64,000 nt of DNA from assembly GCA_963716985.1 (NCBI GenBank), contig OY970323.1, forward strand, positions 320,001 through 384,000. Reading direction: 5' to 3'. Shown here piece after piece: positions 53,045-63,228 of this stretch. Each line of letters begins with the position of its first letter. Within the stretch, counting starts at the first letter, position 1. The notes under the pieces are model-generated. The model ran no database searches, had not been told where the DNA came from, and was given only the letters and a program-made list of their open reading frames with translations. The stretch comes from an uncultured bacterium (GTDB taxonomy: Bacteria; Chlamydiota; Chlamydiia; Chlamydiales; SM23-39). The position numbers and the translations under genes are program-made.

Positions 53045-53860
53045 TCATTTCCTGTAAACCGCCCCCGGTGAGATGTAGCCAAGCGATGAATGCAGCCGCT
53101 CTTCATTGTAAAAACCAAAATATTTCTCGAGGCTCCTATGGGCGTCAATCCCGTCAACGTAGTCTCGGATATAAACCTCCTCTTGCTTAACCGTTCTCCA
53201 TAGACGTTCAACCCAAACATTGTCCAGCGCCCGTCCTCGGCCATCCATGCTAATTGTTATCCCTGCTTCCAGCAGGATTTTCGTAAATTCGATGCTCGTA
53301 TATTGCGCGCCCTGATCGGTGTTAAACAGATCGGGCGTTCCTCTCTTGAGAGCCTCTCGGAGAACTTCTCTGCAAAACAACCCATCCAGGGAATTTGACA
53401 GTCTCCAAGCCAAGACATACCGGCTGTACCAATCGATCACCGCCGTCAAGTAGAGAAATCCATTTCTCATTCGGAGGTAAGTAATGTCCGTACTCCACAC
53501 CTGATTTATTCGCTCGATTTCAACCCCTCTAAGCAAGTAGGGGTATTTTTTATGACCAGGACATGGCTCACTCAAATTGGGCTTTGGATAAATAGCCTGG
53601 ATTCCCATGCGCTTCATCAGCGTTCTAGCTAAATCTACACCTACCTCATGTCCTCTTGATTTCAAGACAGCGCTGATGCGCCTTTTACCATAAAAAGGAC
53701 ATTCCAAAAAGAGCACATCGATCTCTCTCATCATGGCCAAATTAAAGATATCATCACTGCCTGGCTCATAGTAGTAAGAGGATCGTGGCACCCCAAGCAA
53801 TTCACATTGGCGCTCAATCGAGAAATCGGAATCTCCCTTTTTGATGAGCGCCCTTTTCAC
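53045..53860 (-). CDS. IS3 OrfB transposase (rve/DDE)
   Basis: WSTDITY, NTDQGAQY, DNVWVERLW. Confidence 0.95.
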   Translation of the reverse strand: MKRALIKKGDSDFSIERQCELLGVPRSSYYYEPGSDDIFNLAMMREIDVLFLECPFYGKRRISAVLKSRGHEVGVDLARTLMKRMGIQAIYPKPNLSEPCPGHKKYPYLLRGVEIERINQVWSTDITYLRMRNGFLYLTAVIDWYSRYVLAWRLSNSLDGLFCREVLREALKRGTPDLFNTDQGAQYTSIEFTKILLEAGITISMDGRGRALDNVWVERLWRTVKQEEVYIRDYVDGIDAHRSLEKYFGFYNEERLHSSLGYISPGAVYRK

Positions 53861-53862
53861 CT

Positions 53863-54141
53863 CTAAGGAAAAAGATTCAGTTTTTTTTTAAGCCAATCCC
53901 GTTCTACCGTTACCTCACCAATTTGTCGGTAGAGCTCATCAAATTTTTTTGCGTGATTTACGGTTTTCTTCTGAGTGCTAAATACTCCAGCTATATTTTC
54001 TAGCAGTTGCTTTTTCCATTGAGAAATTTGACCAGAATGCACCTCATATTGAGAAGCTAACTCATTCAGAGTTTTGATTTCCTTGGCAGCCTCTAAGGCC
54101 ACCTTAGCCTTGAATTCTGCACTGCGTTTTTTGTGTGCCAT
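53863..54141 (-). CDS. IS3 OrfA; poly-A slippery site allows -1 fusion to OrfB
   Basis: FKAKVALEA HTH; ...TTAAAAAAAAAACTG; the -1 frame reads TESFSLEVKRAL into OrfB. Confidence 0.93.
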   Translation of the reverse strand: MAHKKRSAEFKAKVALEAAKEIKTLNELASQYEVHSGQISQWKKQLLENIAGVFSTQKKTVNHAKKFDELYRQIGEVTVERDWLKKKLNLFP

Positions 54142-54456
54142 TTTTTACCCTCTATTTTTTTGTTTATAAAAAGGGTAAAGCTTAACTTATTTTTGCCAAT
54201 TTTTTGTCCAGTTTTGGCCAACCATTTCAGTTTCTACCACCTTGAGTTTATCGCGAAAAACATCGGAAAATTCACTTATAGTCATTGCCATGAAAATCCG
54301 AATGGACAATACAACGTCTAACACGGCATCAACGTACCAATTGTAGCCTTGTTCTTTTTCAATATGAGAGGGAACTGCGGTAATCTTTTTTTGCCTCTTG
54401 CAAAGAAGAAAACAATGGGTTAGAAAAGAAGAAAATAGTAAAAAAATGGTGCCCGC

Positions 54457-55215
54457 ATGGAGTTTGACACAAGCAAGTTAGAGTGGCTCGATTACGACCT
54501 ATTAGATGGGTATTCGCATGTTGTCGGAAAGACCTTTCTCCGTCATGGGGGAATGAGCGAGAAGCCCTATGATTCGCTCAATGCGAGCGATGCGGTGGGA
54601 GACCACCCCGATGCCGTTAAGGTGAATCGAGAAAGGATTCGTATGCTATTGAAACTCCCCCAGGTCGTCTTTGCAAAGCAGATGCATGGCACGAACATGG
54701 CCGAGATCACCAAGGAGAGTGCGAAAAAAGCAATCGAAGCTGACGTTCTTTTCACCAAAGAAAAAGATATCGGCCTGGTTGTGACCCATGCAGATTGCCA
54801 GGCGGCGATTTTTTATGATCCCGATCACGACGTGATTGCCGTTGTCCATGCCGGATGGAAGGGCCTTGTACAAAATATTTATCAGAAAGTGGTCGATGGT
54901 TTTACCGATCGTTTTAAGTCCAAAGCAGAAAAGCTCATAGTGACGATCTCTCCAAGCTTATGTCCGGATCACGCTGAGTTCAAAAATTATAAAAAAGAAA
55001 TCCCCGAAAATCTTTGGAAATACCAAACAAAGCCTTTTTATTTTGACTTGTGGCAGATTGCCGTCGATCAGCTCAAAAATTCCAAGGTGGAAGAAGGAAA
55101 TATCGAGCTTTCGGGCATATGCACCTATTGCGAGAAAAAAGATTATTTTTCTCATCGCCGAGACAAGAAGACCGGCCGCCACGCAACGCTTGCGGCGCTT
55201 CTTTCTCGAAAGTAG
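54457..55215 (+). CDS. pgeF: PgeF/YfiH-family protein
   Basis: QMHG, ADCQ, HAGWKG, CTYC..YFSHRR. Confidence 0.92.
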   Translation: MEFDTSKLEWLDYDLLDGYSHVVGKTFLRHGGMSEKPYDSLNASDAVGDHPDAVKVNRERIRMLLKLPQVVFAKQMHGTNMAEITKESAKKAIEADVLFTKEKDIGLVVTHADCQAAIFYDPDHDVIAVVHAGWKGLVQNIYQKVVDGFTDRFKSKAEKLIVTISPSLCPDHAEFKNYKKEIPENLWKYQTKPFYFDLWQIAVDQLKNSKVEEGNIELSGICTYCEKKDYFSHRRDKKTGRHATLAALLSRK

Positions 55216-55220
55216 CCCCT

Positions 55221-55763
55221 ATGAAAGTCATCAAGCAGTGTATTCCTGAGGTTCTTCTCCTAGAGCCTGATTGTTTTTTTGACGAGCGTGGTTTTTTTTT
55301 GGAAAGCTTCCGCCAAAGTCGTTATGAGGAAATGGGCATTTCTTGCCCTTTCGTACAAGACAACCATTCTTTTTCCCATAAAAATGTCCTTCGGGGCATG
55401 CATTTTCAAGAAGGGGGCACCCAAGCAAAGCTTATCTCGGTCGTCGTTGGAAAAATCTACGATGTGGCAGTTGATATGCGCCCTTCTTCAAAAACTTTTG
55501 GAAAGTGGGTCTCTTGCATTCTCGATGATCAAAATCATCATCAGCTCTTCATCCCGGAAGGATTTGCCCATGGGTTTTGCGCTCTTCGGGATGATGTGCA
55601 CGTGATTTATAAAGTAAGCAAGCCTTTTTTGGCGGAAAAAGAGAGATCTTTTCGCTTTGATGATCCGGATATTGCCATCAAATGGCCTCTAGCAGCTCCC
55701 ATTCTTTCGAAAAAAGATCAAAATGCACCTTTTTTTAAAGAACTATTTGCCGGGGTCCGATGA
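55221..55763 (+). CDS. rfbC: dTDP-4-dehydrorhamnose 3,5-epimerase
   Basis: DERGFFLE, QDNHS, LRGMHFQ, GFAHGF. Confidence 0.97.
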   Translation: MKVIKQCIPEVLLLEPDCFFDERGFFLESFRQSRYEEMGISCPFVQDNHSFSHKNVLRGMHFQEGGTQAKLISVVVGKIYDVAVDMRPSSKTFGKWVSCILDDQNHHQLFIPEGFAHGFCALRDDVHVIYKVSKPFLAEKERSFRFDDPDIAIKWPLAAPILSKKDQNAPFFKELFAGVR

Positions 55764-56620
55764 AAAAAATTTGGATCGTGGGAAGAAAGGGGATGCTCGC
55801 AAGAAGTCTCATAGAAGAGATGCAAAAAAGAGGGTTGGATTTTCTCTCGACTGCAAAAGAAGAGGTGGACATCGCGTCAAAGGAATCGGTTGTTTCCTTT
55901 GCTTCGAAAAATGAATGGAGCCATATCATCAATTGTGCCGCTTTTACGGCAGTGGACCTTGCAGAGACGGAAAAAGAAAAAGCCTATGCCTTAAACGTAA
56001 TAGGCGTTGAAAACCTGATCGCATCTGCCAAAGAGTGCCAAGCGAAGCTTGTCCACATCTCATCCGATTATGTTTTTGATGGGACGAAGAGATCGCCCTA
56101 TAAAGAAGAAGATCTGCCCTTGCCTCTTTCGGTTTATGGAGAGACAAAAAGGAGAGGGGAGATAGCTATTCAAAAATCCGGCATAGATTCTGTCATTCTT
56201 CGCCTATCCTGGCTCTTCGGCAAAGGGGAGAACCATTTTGCTGCCAAGATGCTGCGCCAAATGAAAGAAAAAACAGATCTTTTTGTCGTTCATGACCAGA
56301 GGGGGAAGATGACGGCCTCTTTGGATGCGGCCCATGTGATTGTGGATCTTTTGTCAGAAAGCGGTCTTTTTCATTTTGCCAATCAAGAGGAGACGAGCTG
56401 GTTTTCCATTGCCTCTTTTATCTTCGAAGAGGCAAAGCGGCTTGGCCTTCCTATCCTCTCTAAAAAAATTCATCCGATCGCTACCGGTGGCTATCCGACA
56501 GCGGCCAGGCGGCCCCTCTATTCGGTGCTGGATACCACCAAAGTAGAAAGAGTTTTGAAAAAACCCATCCGTTCTTGGAAGGAAGCATTGAGCGATTATC
56601 TACAAAAGGAGAGACGATGA
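55760..56620 (+). CDS. rfbD: dTDP-4-dehydrorhamnose reductase
   Basis: NCAAFTAVD, SSDYVFDG, YGETK. Confidence 0.96.
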   Translation: MKKIWIVGRKGMLARSLIEEMQKRGLDFLSTAKEEVDIASKESVVSFASKNEWSHIINCAAFTAVDLAETEKEKAYALNVIGVENLIASAKECQAKLVHISSDYVFDGTKRSPYKEEDLPLPLSVYGETKRRGEIAIQKSGIDSVILRLSWLFGKGENHFAAKMLRQMKEKTDLFVVHDQRGKMTASLDAAHVIVDLLSESGLFHFANQEETSWFSIASFIFEEAKRLGLPILSKKIHPIATGGYPTAARRPLYSVLDTTKVERVLKKPIRSWKEALSDYLQKERR

Positions 56621-57633
56621 GCGAGCGGAAAATTTCCTCGATTCTTGTAACCGGCGGCGCGGGCTTTATGGGGTCAGCGTTTCTTCGCTATCTTTTGCAA
56701 GACCTTTCCTTTGAGGGGAAGGTGGTGAATTTGGACTCTCTCACTTATGCTGCAAATTTACTCAATCTCTCATCCATTGAAAAAGATAGCCGCTATCATT
56801 TTGTTTTGGGGGATATTCGCAATCAGAGTCTTCTCTCTTCGATTTGCGAAAAAGAGCGCATTGACGCCATCGTTCATTTTGCAGCCGAGACCCACGTAGA
56901 TCGCAGCATCGAAGATCCCATGATTTTTATTGAGACCAACGTCAAGGGAACATCCGCTCTTTTGGAAGTAGTGAAAAAGTTTCCCCATATCCACTTCCAC
57001 CACATCTCTACGGACGAGGTATACGGCTCTTTGGGAAAAGAAGATTTTTTTCATGAAAATTCGCCCTATTTGCCCAACTCTCCCTATGCCGCAAGCAAAG
57101 CCGCCTCCGACCATCTCGTACGTGCCTACGGACATACCTATGGGCTTTCCTACACCATTTCTCATTCCGTGAACAACTATGGACCCGGGCAGTTTCAAGA
57201 AAAGTTCATCCCCCTGATGGTGCTCCATTGTCTCACCCAAAAGCCCATCCCCATCTATGGACGCGGCGAGAATATTCGCGACTGGATTTACGTGACGGAT
57301 CATGCCGATGCGGTATGGCAGATTCTGACGAAAGGAAGGTCGGGTCACGTCTATAATATTGGCAGCGGCTGTGAGCTCAAAAACATCGATCTTGTCTCCA
57401 AGGTGACCACTCTTTTAGCAGAGATGCAGGGGAAAAAAAGAGATTTTTACTTTCCCCTGGTCTCCTTTGTAAAGGATCGCTTAGGTCACGATTATCGCTA
57501 TGCGATTGATCAGAAAAAGATGCAAGAGGAGCTTTTCTGGCATCCGAAACACTCCTTTGACGAGGGTCTTAAGAAAACACTTTTCTGGTATCTGGACCAG
57601 TACGAGAAAACATCCAAAGTGCCTTCCGCGTGA
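56617..57633 (+). CDS. rfbB: dTDP-glucose 4,6-dehydratase
   Basis: TGGAGFMG, AAETHVDRSI, STDEVYG, YAASK. Confidence 0.97.
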   Translation: MSERKISSILVTGGAGFMGSAFLRYLLQDLSFEGKVVNLDSLTYAANLLNLSSIEKDSRYHFVLGDIRNQSLLSSICEKERIDAIVHFAAETHVDRSIEDPMIFIETNVKGTSALLEVVKKFPHIHFHHISTDEVYGSLGKEDFFHENSPYLPNSPYAASKAASDHLVRAYGHTYGLSYTISHSVNNYGPGQFQEKFIPLMVLHCLTQKPIPIYGRGENIRDWIYVTDHADAVWQILTKGRSGHVYNIGSGCELKNIDLVSKVTTLLAEMQGKKRDFYFPLVSFVKDRLGHDYRYAIDQKKMQEELFWHPKHSFDEGLKKTLFWYLDQYEKTSKVPSA

Positions 57634-57716
57634 ACAGTATCGGCCCCTTTGGGAAAAACAAAGAATTGCGAAAGCATTCTTGGGTCTGCGCGAAACCTAC
57701 GACAATCAGCGATCTT

Positions 57717-57828
57717 TTTTAAAATAATTTCTTTACATATTTTAAAAAAAATCTTTACGAATTGACAAAGAAAAATTTGTTTACTACCTTTTTTTGTCTT
57801 CAGCTTTTTCACAAAGGAGGTCTATATG
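57717..57828 (+). promoter_or_regulatory. Promoter block, copy 1 (TTGACA-17-TACCTT; TCTTTAC direct repeats)
   Basis: Homologous to 63229-63340. Confidence 0.7.
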
Positions 57829-58227
57829 AGTAGTGCAATTAGTTCTGCAGATTCAAGTCAAGACGTTACCGTTGGTGAAGAAAGAGGAGAAGAGTTCTTT
57901 GAAGACAAAACTTCTGAGATTTCTTCTCTTGCAAGAAAGCATATTGAGGAGAGCGCCTCTCCCCATGTTGGATCATTAAAGCCTGTGGTTATTCTATGCA
58001 AGGGCCAAGAAAAGAGTGATCAGAAAAATGATAAGAAGGGAGAATGGGGCGGGGATATTGGAATTCATGCAAGGAAGGATCGAGAAGGAAACGAGGCTCT
58101 TCATTTTGAAGCTCATCAAACGTATAGCGATCCCAAATCGGGGAGTAAAACCGATATAAACGCATCTGTGAACGTTGATAAAAATGGAAAAGTATATGGG
58201 GAGGTTGGCGTGGATAGACACTGGTAG
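57826..58227 (+). CDS. Hypothetical hydrophilic protein
   Basis: RBS AGGAGG; Ser-rich N-terminus; G/D-rich beta-like C-terminus. Confidence 0.7.
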   Translation: MSSAISSADSSQDVTVGEERGEEFFEDKTSEISSLARKHIEESASPHVGSLKPVVILCKGQEKSDQKNDKKGEWGGDIGIHARKDREGNEALHFEAHQTYSDPKSGSKTDINASVNVDKNGKVYGEVGVDRHW

Positions 58228-58307
58228 AATTGTCACGCGAACAGAAAATGAAGGGAGCGAAATCATTTGCTCCCTTTGAAAAAGGAAATTTCTATCAGAG
58301 AGATGTG

Positions 58308-59243
58308 ATGAAAAAAAAACATATTGCATTTTTAATAATTCTGCTTTTTCTTGTGGTTTCTTCTCTCCTTGTTTGGCGTTTTTTTTCTCTAAAAAACCAT
58401 TATGCGATCCCCATTCATTTTTTAAATTATTTTGACACCGCCTATGCGACTGCAGAAATCGAAGGACAGAAATATTGCTTAACATTTGATTTGGGCATGA
58501 GCTTTCCTTGTGATCTGAAAAAGGAGGTTTTGGAAAAACTCAAGAAACAATATGCCGGAATGAACAATTCTGTGGACATCATGGGAAATGAGTATGAGGA
58601 TCCTATTTATTTTATTCCGAAAGTCAAAATAGGTAAAGCCGTTTTCACGGACATGTTAATACGCGAGGGGAGTGATGATTTTCTCCAGAGAGGGGTTGCT
58701 AATTCTGGGGAAAAAAAAGAAAAAGAAGAATATGAAAAAAAAATTGTGGGATTCCTAGGCCTTGGCCTGTTTTTTCGAACAAAAACTCCGGTTCTTTTCT
58801 TAGATTTAAGCAATTCTTCAGTGTTTATGATCAAGAACATTTTCAGGTTTCACGAGGGGGGATATGACCTCAAAAAAATGGTCAAAATCCCTATGGAAAG
58901 GAAAAATGGTTGTTTATCAATAGAAGTAGAAACAGATTTTGGAAAACGAAAGCTTCTTTTAGATACAGGCACGACTCTTAATTTGATCAACCCTTCGGTT
59001 GTCTTGGATAAAGTCGAAAATCTTCCTGAGCCAAAGAGCGCTTTTTTCTCGTCTTCCAAATTTCAAATCGGCGATAGGGATTTTGGGAGTGAAGATTTTT
59101 ATCTTTATCCCATCAGTCCTGCTTTTGGACAGATCGATGGAATTTTGGGGATGAGCTTTTTTAGAAAGTATGCAGTTTTTTTGGATTTGCAAAATAACGT
59201 AGCCTATATCGCGCCAAGCCGGACGATAAATGCAAGGAGATGA
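58308..59243 (+). CDS. Membrane-anchored two-domain retropepsin-like aspartyl protease
   Basis: N-terminal TM; FDLG...GFLGL and LLDTGT...DGILGM. Confidence 0.8.
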   Translation: MKKKHIAFLIILLFLVVSSLLVWRFFSLKNHYAIPIHFLNYFDTAYATAEIEGQKYCLTFDLGMSFPCDLKKEVLEKLKKQYAGMNNSVDIMGNEYEDPIYFIPKVKIGKAVFTDMLIREGSDDFLQRGVANSGEKKEKEEYEKKIVGFLGLGLFFRTKTPVLFLDLSNSSVFMIKNIFRFHEGGYDLKKMVKIPMERKNGCLSIEVETDFGKRKLLLDTGTTLNLINPSVVLDKVENLPEPKSAFFSSSKFQIGDRDFGSEDFYLYPISPAFGQIDGILGMSFFRKYAVFLDLQNNVAYIAPSRTINARR

Positions 59244-59268
59244 TACGTGTTATCTCAAAGTTTAGGTC

Positions 59269-59325
59269 AAAAATCGCAAAATCCGGTGCGCATTTTCTCT
59301 TGGCGCAATAGATTTTGCGATTTTT
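59269..59325. terminator. 15-bp perfect inverted repeat between convergent genes
   Basis: AAAAATCGCAAAATC...GATTTTGCGATTTTT with inner TGCGC/GCGCA. Confidence 0.55.
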
Positions 59326-59352
59326 TGTCTTGAGCCGAAAAGGCTCTCTCGG

Positions 59353-60204
59353 TCACCTTTTTTTCCCTTGACGCTTTTTCTTGGTTTTTTTTGGCTTTTG
59401 ACATTCGATTTTCGTTTTTGTGCGCGTTTTCTTTTTTGAGGAAGATTTGCTTTTCTTTGCAGATGAACCGGCAGATTTTTTTGATGGTGCTGCGGGAGTC
59501 TCCATCTCAATGTCAAAGATAGAAGAGAGCGCGCTTTCTTCGATTGCATTGCGGCTTTGAGGAGTCTTGAGTATTTCGTTTGTGACTGAAGATGCGATGA
59601 GTTGCAGGTGGTCGACGTGACGCAAAGAGAAAAGCCATTCGGGCTGAGTATCTATGGCAGCGCCGATTCCATAGAGAACTGCTGCGATGTGCTTGCACAT
59701 GCCTGCATGGTCAGGACAGCTGCAGCTCATGGAAATTTCTTGAGGAGATGGGAAGAGTTTTGCTTCTTTTGCAATAAGGAGGGACATAACGGCTTTGGAA
59801 AATTTGCCCTGAAGCAACTCGATAAGAGAGTCGATTTTTCCGGAACAGGCTTTAATGAGGTTTTGCCATTTATTCTTGGGCATCGGCTCTACCTGGATGG
59901 TAATTGTGTACAAAGACGATCCCATCACTTGCGCTTCGACTTTGCCTTTGGTTACTTGAAGATCGATCACGGATCCATTTCTAAGATAAGTGCGGCCGCG
60001 AGGGAGGCGATTTTCATAATCACTGTAATTTTCGAGGTTGTCGCACCAGGCTTTTCCCCAAAAGGTCTTTGCTATGATGCGCCCTTCAACGGTGATCGGC
60101 TTGAGTTTTTTTCCTTTTTTTTGCATTTCTTTTATTTTCTGAGCTGCATTCGCTTTTCTTTGTGCTGCGGACACGTATGGAGCCCATCTACCAAAATACC
60201 TCAT
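59353..60204 (-). CDS. SWIM zinc-finger protein with Lys-rich tail
   Basis: NRLPRGRTY.RNG, CSCPD..MCKH. Confidence 0.9.
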   Translation of the reverse strand: MRYFGRWAPYVSAAQRKANAAQKIKEMQKKGKKLKPITVEGRIIAKTFWGKAWCDNLENYSDYENRLPRGRTYLRNGSVIDLQVTKGKVEAQVMGSSLYTITIQVEPMPKNKWQNLIKACSGKIDSLIELLQGKFSKAVMSLLIAKEAKLFPSPQEISMSCSCPDHAGMCKHIAAVLYGIGAAIDTQPEWLFSLRHVDHLQLIASSVTNEILKTPQSRNAIEESALSSIFDIEMETPAAPSKKSAGSSAKKSKSSSKKKTRTKTKIECQKPKKTKKKRQGKKR

Positions 60205-60209
60205 GATTT

Positions 60210-62879
60210 TTACTCCTCTGTTAATGCTCGATGGATGTCAAGGGACACCATTTTCATCACCTGTTCATTTGAAAACTCGGTGAGCGAAAACTCTCCCTCT
60301 CCTTCGAGCAGTTCTTTTGATATGTTTTTTTTCGATTCGATCAGCGCATCGATCTTTTCTTCAATGGTTCCTTGGCAGATAAATTGATGCACCAAAACCG
60401 GATGTTTTTGCCCAATCCTATAGGCGCGGTCAGTGGCTTGGTTTTCTACAGCGGGATTCCACCAGCGGTCAAAATGGATCACGTGGTTTGCTTTGGTAAG
60501 GTTCAGGCCGGTTCCTCCGGCTTTTAGGGAAAGAATGAAAAAAGGAGGGCCTGCATCTTGCTGAAAATTGTGAACGAGAGAGGCGCGCTTTGCAACTGGA
60601 GTTTTTCCATGAAGGATGAGTCCTTCTCGTCCAAAAATTTGGGTCAAAAAAGAGAATAGGGGAGGGATGATTTCCGTAAACTGGGAGAAGAGAAGGACCT
60701 TTTCTTGCTTTTCTGCGATCCCTTCGCAAATTTCACGCAGGCGGATCATCTTGCCGCTGGCCTGTTCGGCATACTCCCCAAACCCTTGCGATTGGTCGGG
60801 ATGGTTGCAGATTTGTTTCAGACGCACTAGCGATGAGAGGATGATGCCTCGACGATGAATTCCTTCTGCGGCTTCCAATTTTTGGGCAAGCTCCGAAATG
60901 GTTTGCTGGTAATGCCGGATTTGTTCTTTGCTGAGAGAACAATAGGTTTTCATTTCAGTTTTGTCGGGAAGATCGGAGATGATAGTTTTGTCGCTCTTCA
61001 AGCGTCTGAGGATATAGGGTTGGGTGAGTTTGCGCAGAGCCGCGATAAAACGGGTATAATCGGGAAGGGCGCGATCTTTAATAGATTTTTTTGCATAGGA
61101 GGAAAATTCTTTGTCTGAACCTAATAGCCCGGGAGAGAGAAAGTCAAAGAGAGACCAAAGATCGCTGAGGCGATTTTCAATGGGTGTTCCCGTGAGGGCA
61201 AGGCGCACCCCGCTTTTTAATGTTTTTACAGAACGGGCTTGCTTGGAAGAGGGATTTTTGATTGCTTGGGCCTCATCTAGAATGACGAGGTCCCATTCCG
61301 TTTCTCTTAAATGCGCCCAGCGATGGATGAAGGTGTAGGTGGTGAGGACTAAATCGGCAGTTGCGATGTCGCCGTTCTTTTCAGAGCTATGGGCAATGGC
61401 GATTTTTAGAGAAGGGGAGAATTTTTTGGCCTCTGCTTGCCAATTGCCAAGCAATGAGGCCGGCACAACTAATAAATGGGGTTTGTTTGAAGGGGAAAGC
61501 TCTTTGATGGATAAAAGCAACGAGAGGACTTGGATTGTTTTCCCAAGGCCCATATCATCCGCAAGACAACCGCTTAGTTTGAGTTGATAGAGCGTCCAGA
61601 GCCATTGCACCCCTTTGGATTGGTAGGGACGAAGCGTTCCATGAAAATTGCGCACGTTTGCTTGAGGAAGGTTGTGCGGGTTTTGGAGTTGTTCTAGGAC
61701 TGTTTTTAACCATGCGCCCGGTTTTACATCCGACCATTCTGCAACGGAGTCCGAGTACTTGCATTGATCTACACCTGCCAAAAGACGAAAGGCCTCGGAG
61801 ATCGATAGGCCTTCTCTGGCGGCTTTTTTCAGCTGGTTCCAGTGAGACAAAACAGCTTGGATCTTTTCGCGGTCCACTTCGACCCACTGTCCTTTGATTT
61901 TGACAAGGCTATCTGTTCCTTTGAGTAGTTCCTGCCATTCTTCTTCGGTTAACGGTTCTTTGCCGATTGCCAATCGGACGTTGAAATCGAGCAGACTGCC
62001 GAGGCCTAGCATTGATTGGGGTGAGTCGCCTAGATTGATTTCCACTTTTAGCCTTGGCTGTTTCTGTGCGGCCCACCAGTTGGGTACGCGGACGACCACT
62101 CCACTCTCCTCCATTAGAGGAATGTCTTGTAAAAATCGATGCGCTTCTTGAATGCCCCAAGCGGTTGCTTCAAAAACGGCTCCCGAATCAACGAGATTTT
62201 TGATGAAAGGACTCAGCGTTGCCGCTTTTTGAACAGGGGTTAGAAGAGAGAGCAGGAAAGCTTTTTCCGTGGCGGACTCTTGCAGCGCTCGTTTCAATGG
62301 CAAATGCCGGGCTGAGGAGCCATGGGACAATTGGGTTGTATAGGTGGCTAAAAAGGCAAAGGGGTGCTCTTGGTTATTTTTATTTTCCGCGAGATGAAAA
62401 CAGACGCGACCTAAGAGATTCCAACGAGTGTTGTGCCGACCCAAATAATCTTGGATAGTGCCTGAAAAATGTTCAAGCTCTTGCTGTAGCGCCTTTTCTA
62501 GTTGAGACCAGAGAGCGGCAAGCAGTTCCTCAGAGAGATATTCCGACCCCCGCATAAAGGGAACACGCGCGAGTAGAGCTTGCATTTCTTCTCTTGGCAA
62601 GGCAGGGACTGAATCGACTCTTTGACTGTCTATCGTAGTGAGTTTGCAAACGCGGGTGATGAATTGCTGTGAAAAAGACTGCCAGAAAAGAAAAGTGGGG
62701 GAAAGTGGCGTGGAAAAATCAGATAGACCGAGATGAAGCAGTCCTAACGCGGGATCTTCTGCGAATAGACTGACAATTTTTTCAAAAGAAGATGGAATGG
62801 GCATGCTTGGGCTGAGATAAAGGCGCCCTTCCGGAGAGAGGTTCAATTCGATTAAAAGATTCTCGGAATGCATTTGCAT
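60210..62879 (-). CDS. SNF2-family helicase
   Basis: DDMGLGKT, DEAQ, TGTPIEN, QATDRAYRIGQ. Confidence 0.95.
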   Translation of the reverse strand: MQMHSENLLIELNLSPEGRLYLSPSMPIPSSFEKIVSLFAEDPALGLLHLGLSDFSTPLSPTFLFWQSFSQQFITRVCKLTTIDSQRVDSVPALPREEMQALLARVPFMRGSEYLSEELLAALWSQLEKALQQELEHFSGTIQDYLGRHNTRWNLLGRVCFHLAENKNNQEHPFAFLATYTTQLSHGSSARHLPLKRALQESATEKAFLLSLLTPVQKAATLSPFIKNLVDSGAVFEATAWGIQEAHRFLQDIPLMEESGVVVRVPNWWAAQKQPRLKVEINLGDSPQSMLGLGSLLDFNVRLAIGKEPLTEEEWQELLKGTDSLVKIKGQWVEVDREKIQAVLSHWNQLKKAAREGLSISEAFRLLAGVDQCKYSDSVAEWSDVKPGAWLKTVLEQLQNPHNLPQANVRNFHGTLRPYQSKGVQWLWTLYQLKLSGCLADDMGLGKTIQVLSLLLSIKELSPSNKPHLLVVPASLLGNWQAEAKKFSPSLKIAIAHSSEKNGDIATADLVLTTYTFIHRWAHLRETEWDLVILDEAQAIKNPSSKQARSVKTLKSGVRLALTGTPIENRLSDLWSLFDFLSPGLLGSDKEFSSYAKKSIKDRALPDYTRFIAALRKLTQPYILRRLKSDKTIISDLPDKTEMKTYCSLSKEQIRHYQQTISELAQKLEAAEGIHRRGIILSSLVRLKQICNHPDQSQGFGEYAEQASGKMIRLREICEGIAEKQEKVLLFSQFTEIIPPLFSFLTQIFGREGLILHGKTPVAKRASLVHNFQQDAGPPFFILSLKAGGTGLNLTKANHVIHFDRWWNPAVENQATDRAYRIGQKHPVLVHQFICQGTIEEKIDALIESKKNISKELLEGEGEFSLTEFSNEQVMKMVSLDIHRALTEE

Positions 62880-63228
62880 ACTTGTTTGAAAGGAGAAAAA
62901 AATATCAGAAGATTTTTTTACTTTCTATGGATTTGTTTCAATTTCCAATCGCCTCCGGGACTAAATTTTTTTAGCTTTTGACCCGACCCGGCTGCATGAT
63001 TCTGAAAATCCAAAAAGTGCATATTTTCAAACAAAGCTCATTCCAAAAATATCGTCAATCTTCCCCAAAAGGAAAATATGGCCATGAAAAACTTCGACAA
63101 TGTTGCCGCCTTGCCAATCATCAATGAAAAGATCAACGATCACGCAGTCGATGATCGTATTTTTTAAGCTTTGCATTCACAGTTGCTATTTGAGAGGTCC
63201 GGCAAACCTTATGACAGTTCTTCTTTCC

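Larger units (their letters stand above)
52730..54229 (-). mobile_element. IS3-family element
   Basis: TG..TGGTTGGCC....TGGACA 25-bp imperfect TIRs; no TSD. Confidence 0.93.

Noticed and set aside
52888..53244. Small ORFs in the IS3 tail
   Set aside because: They overlap orfB and the hairpins, with no RBS or domain support
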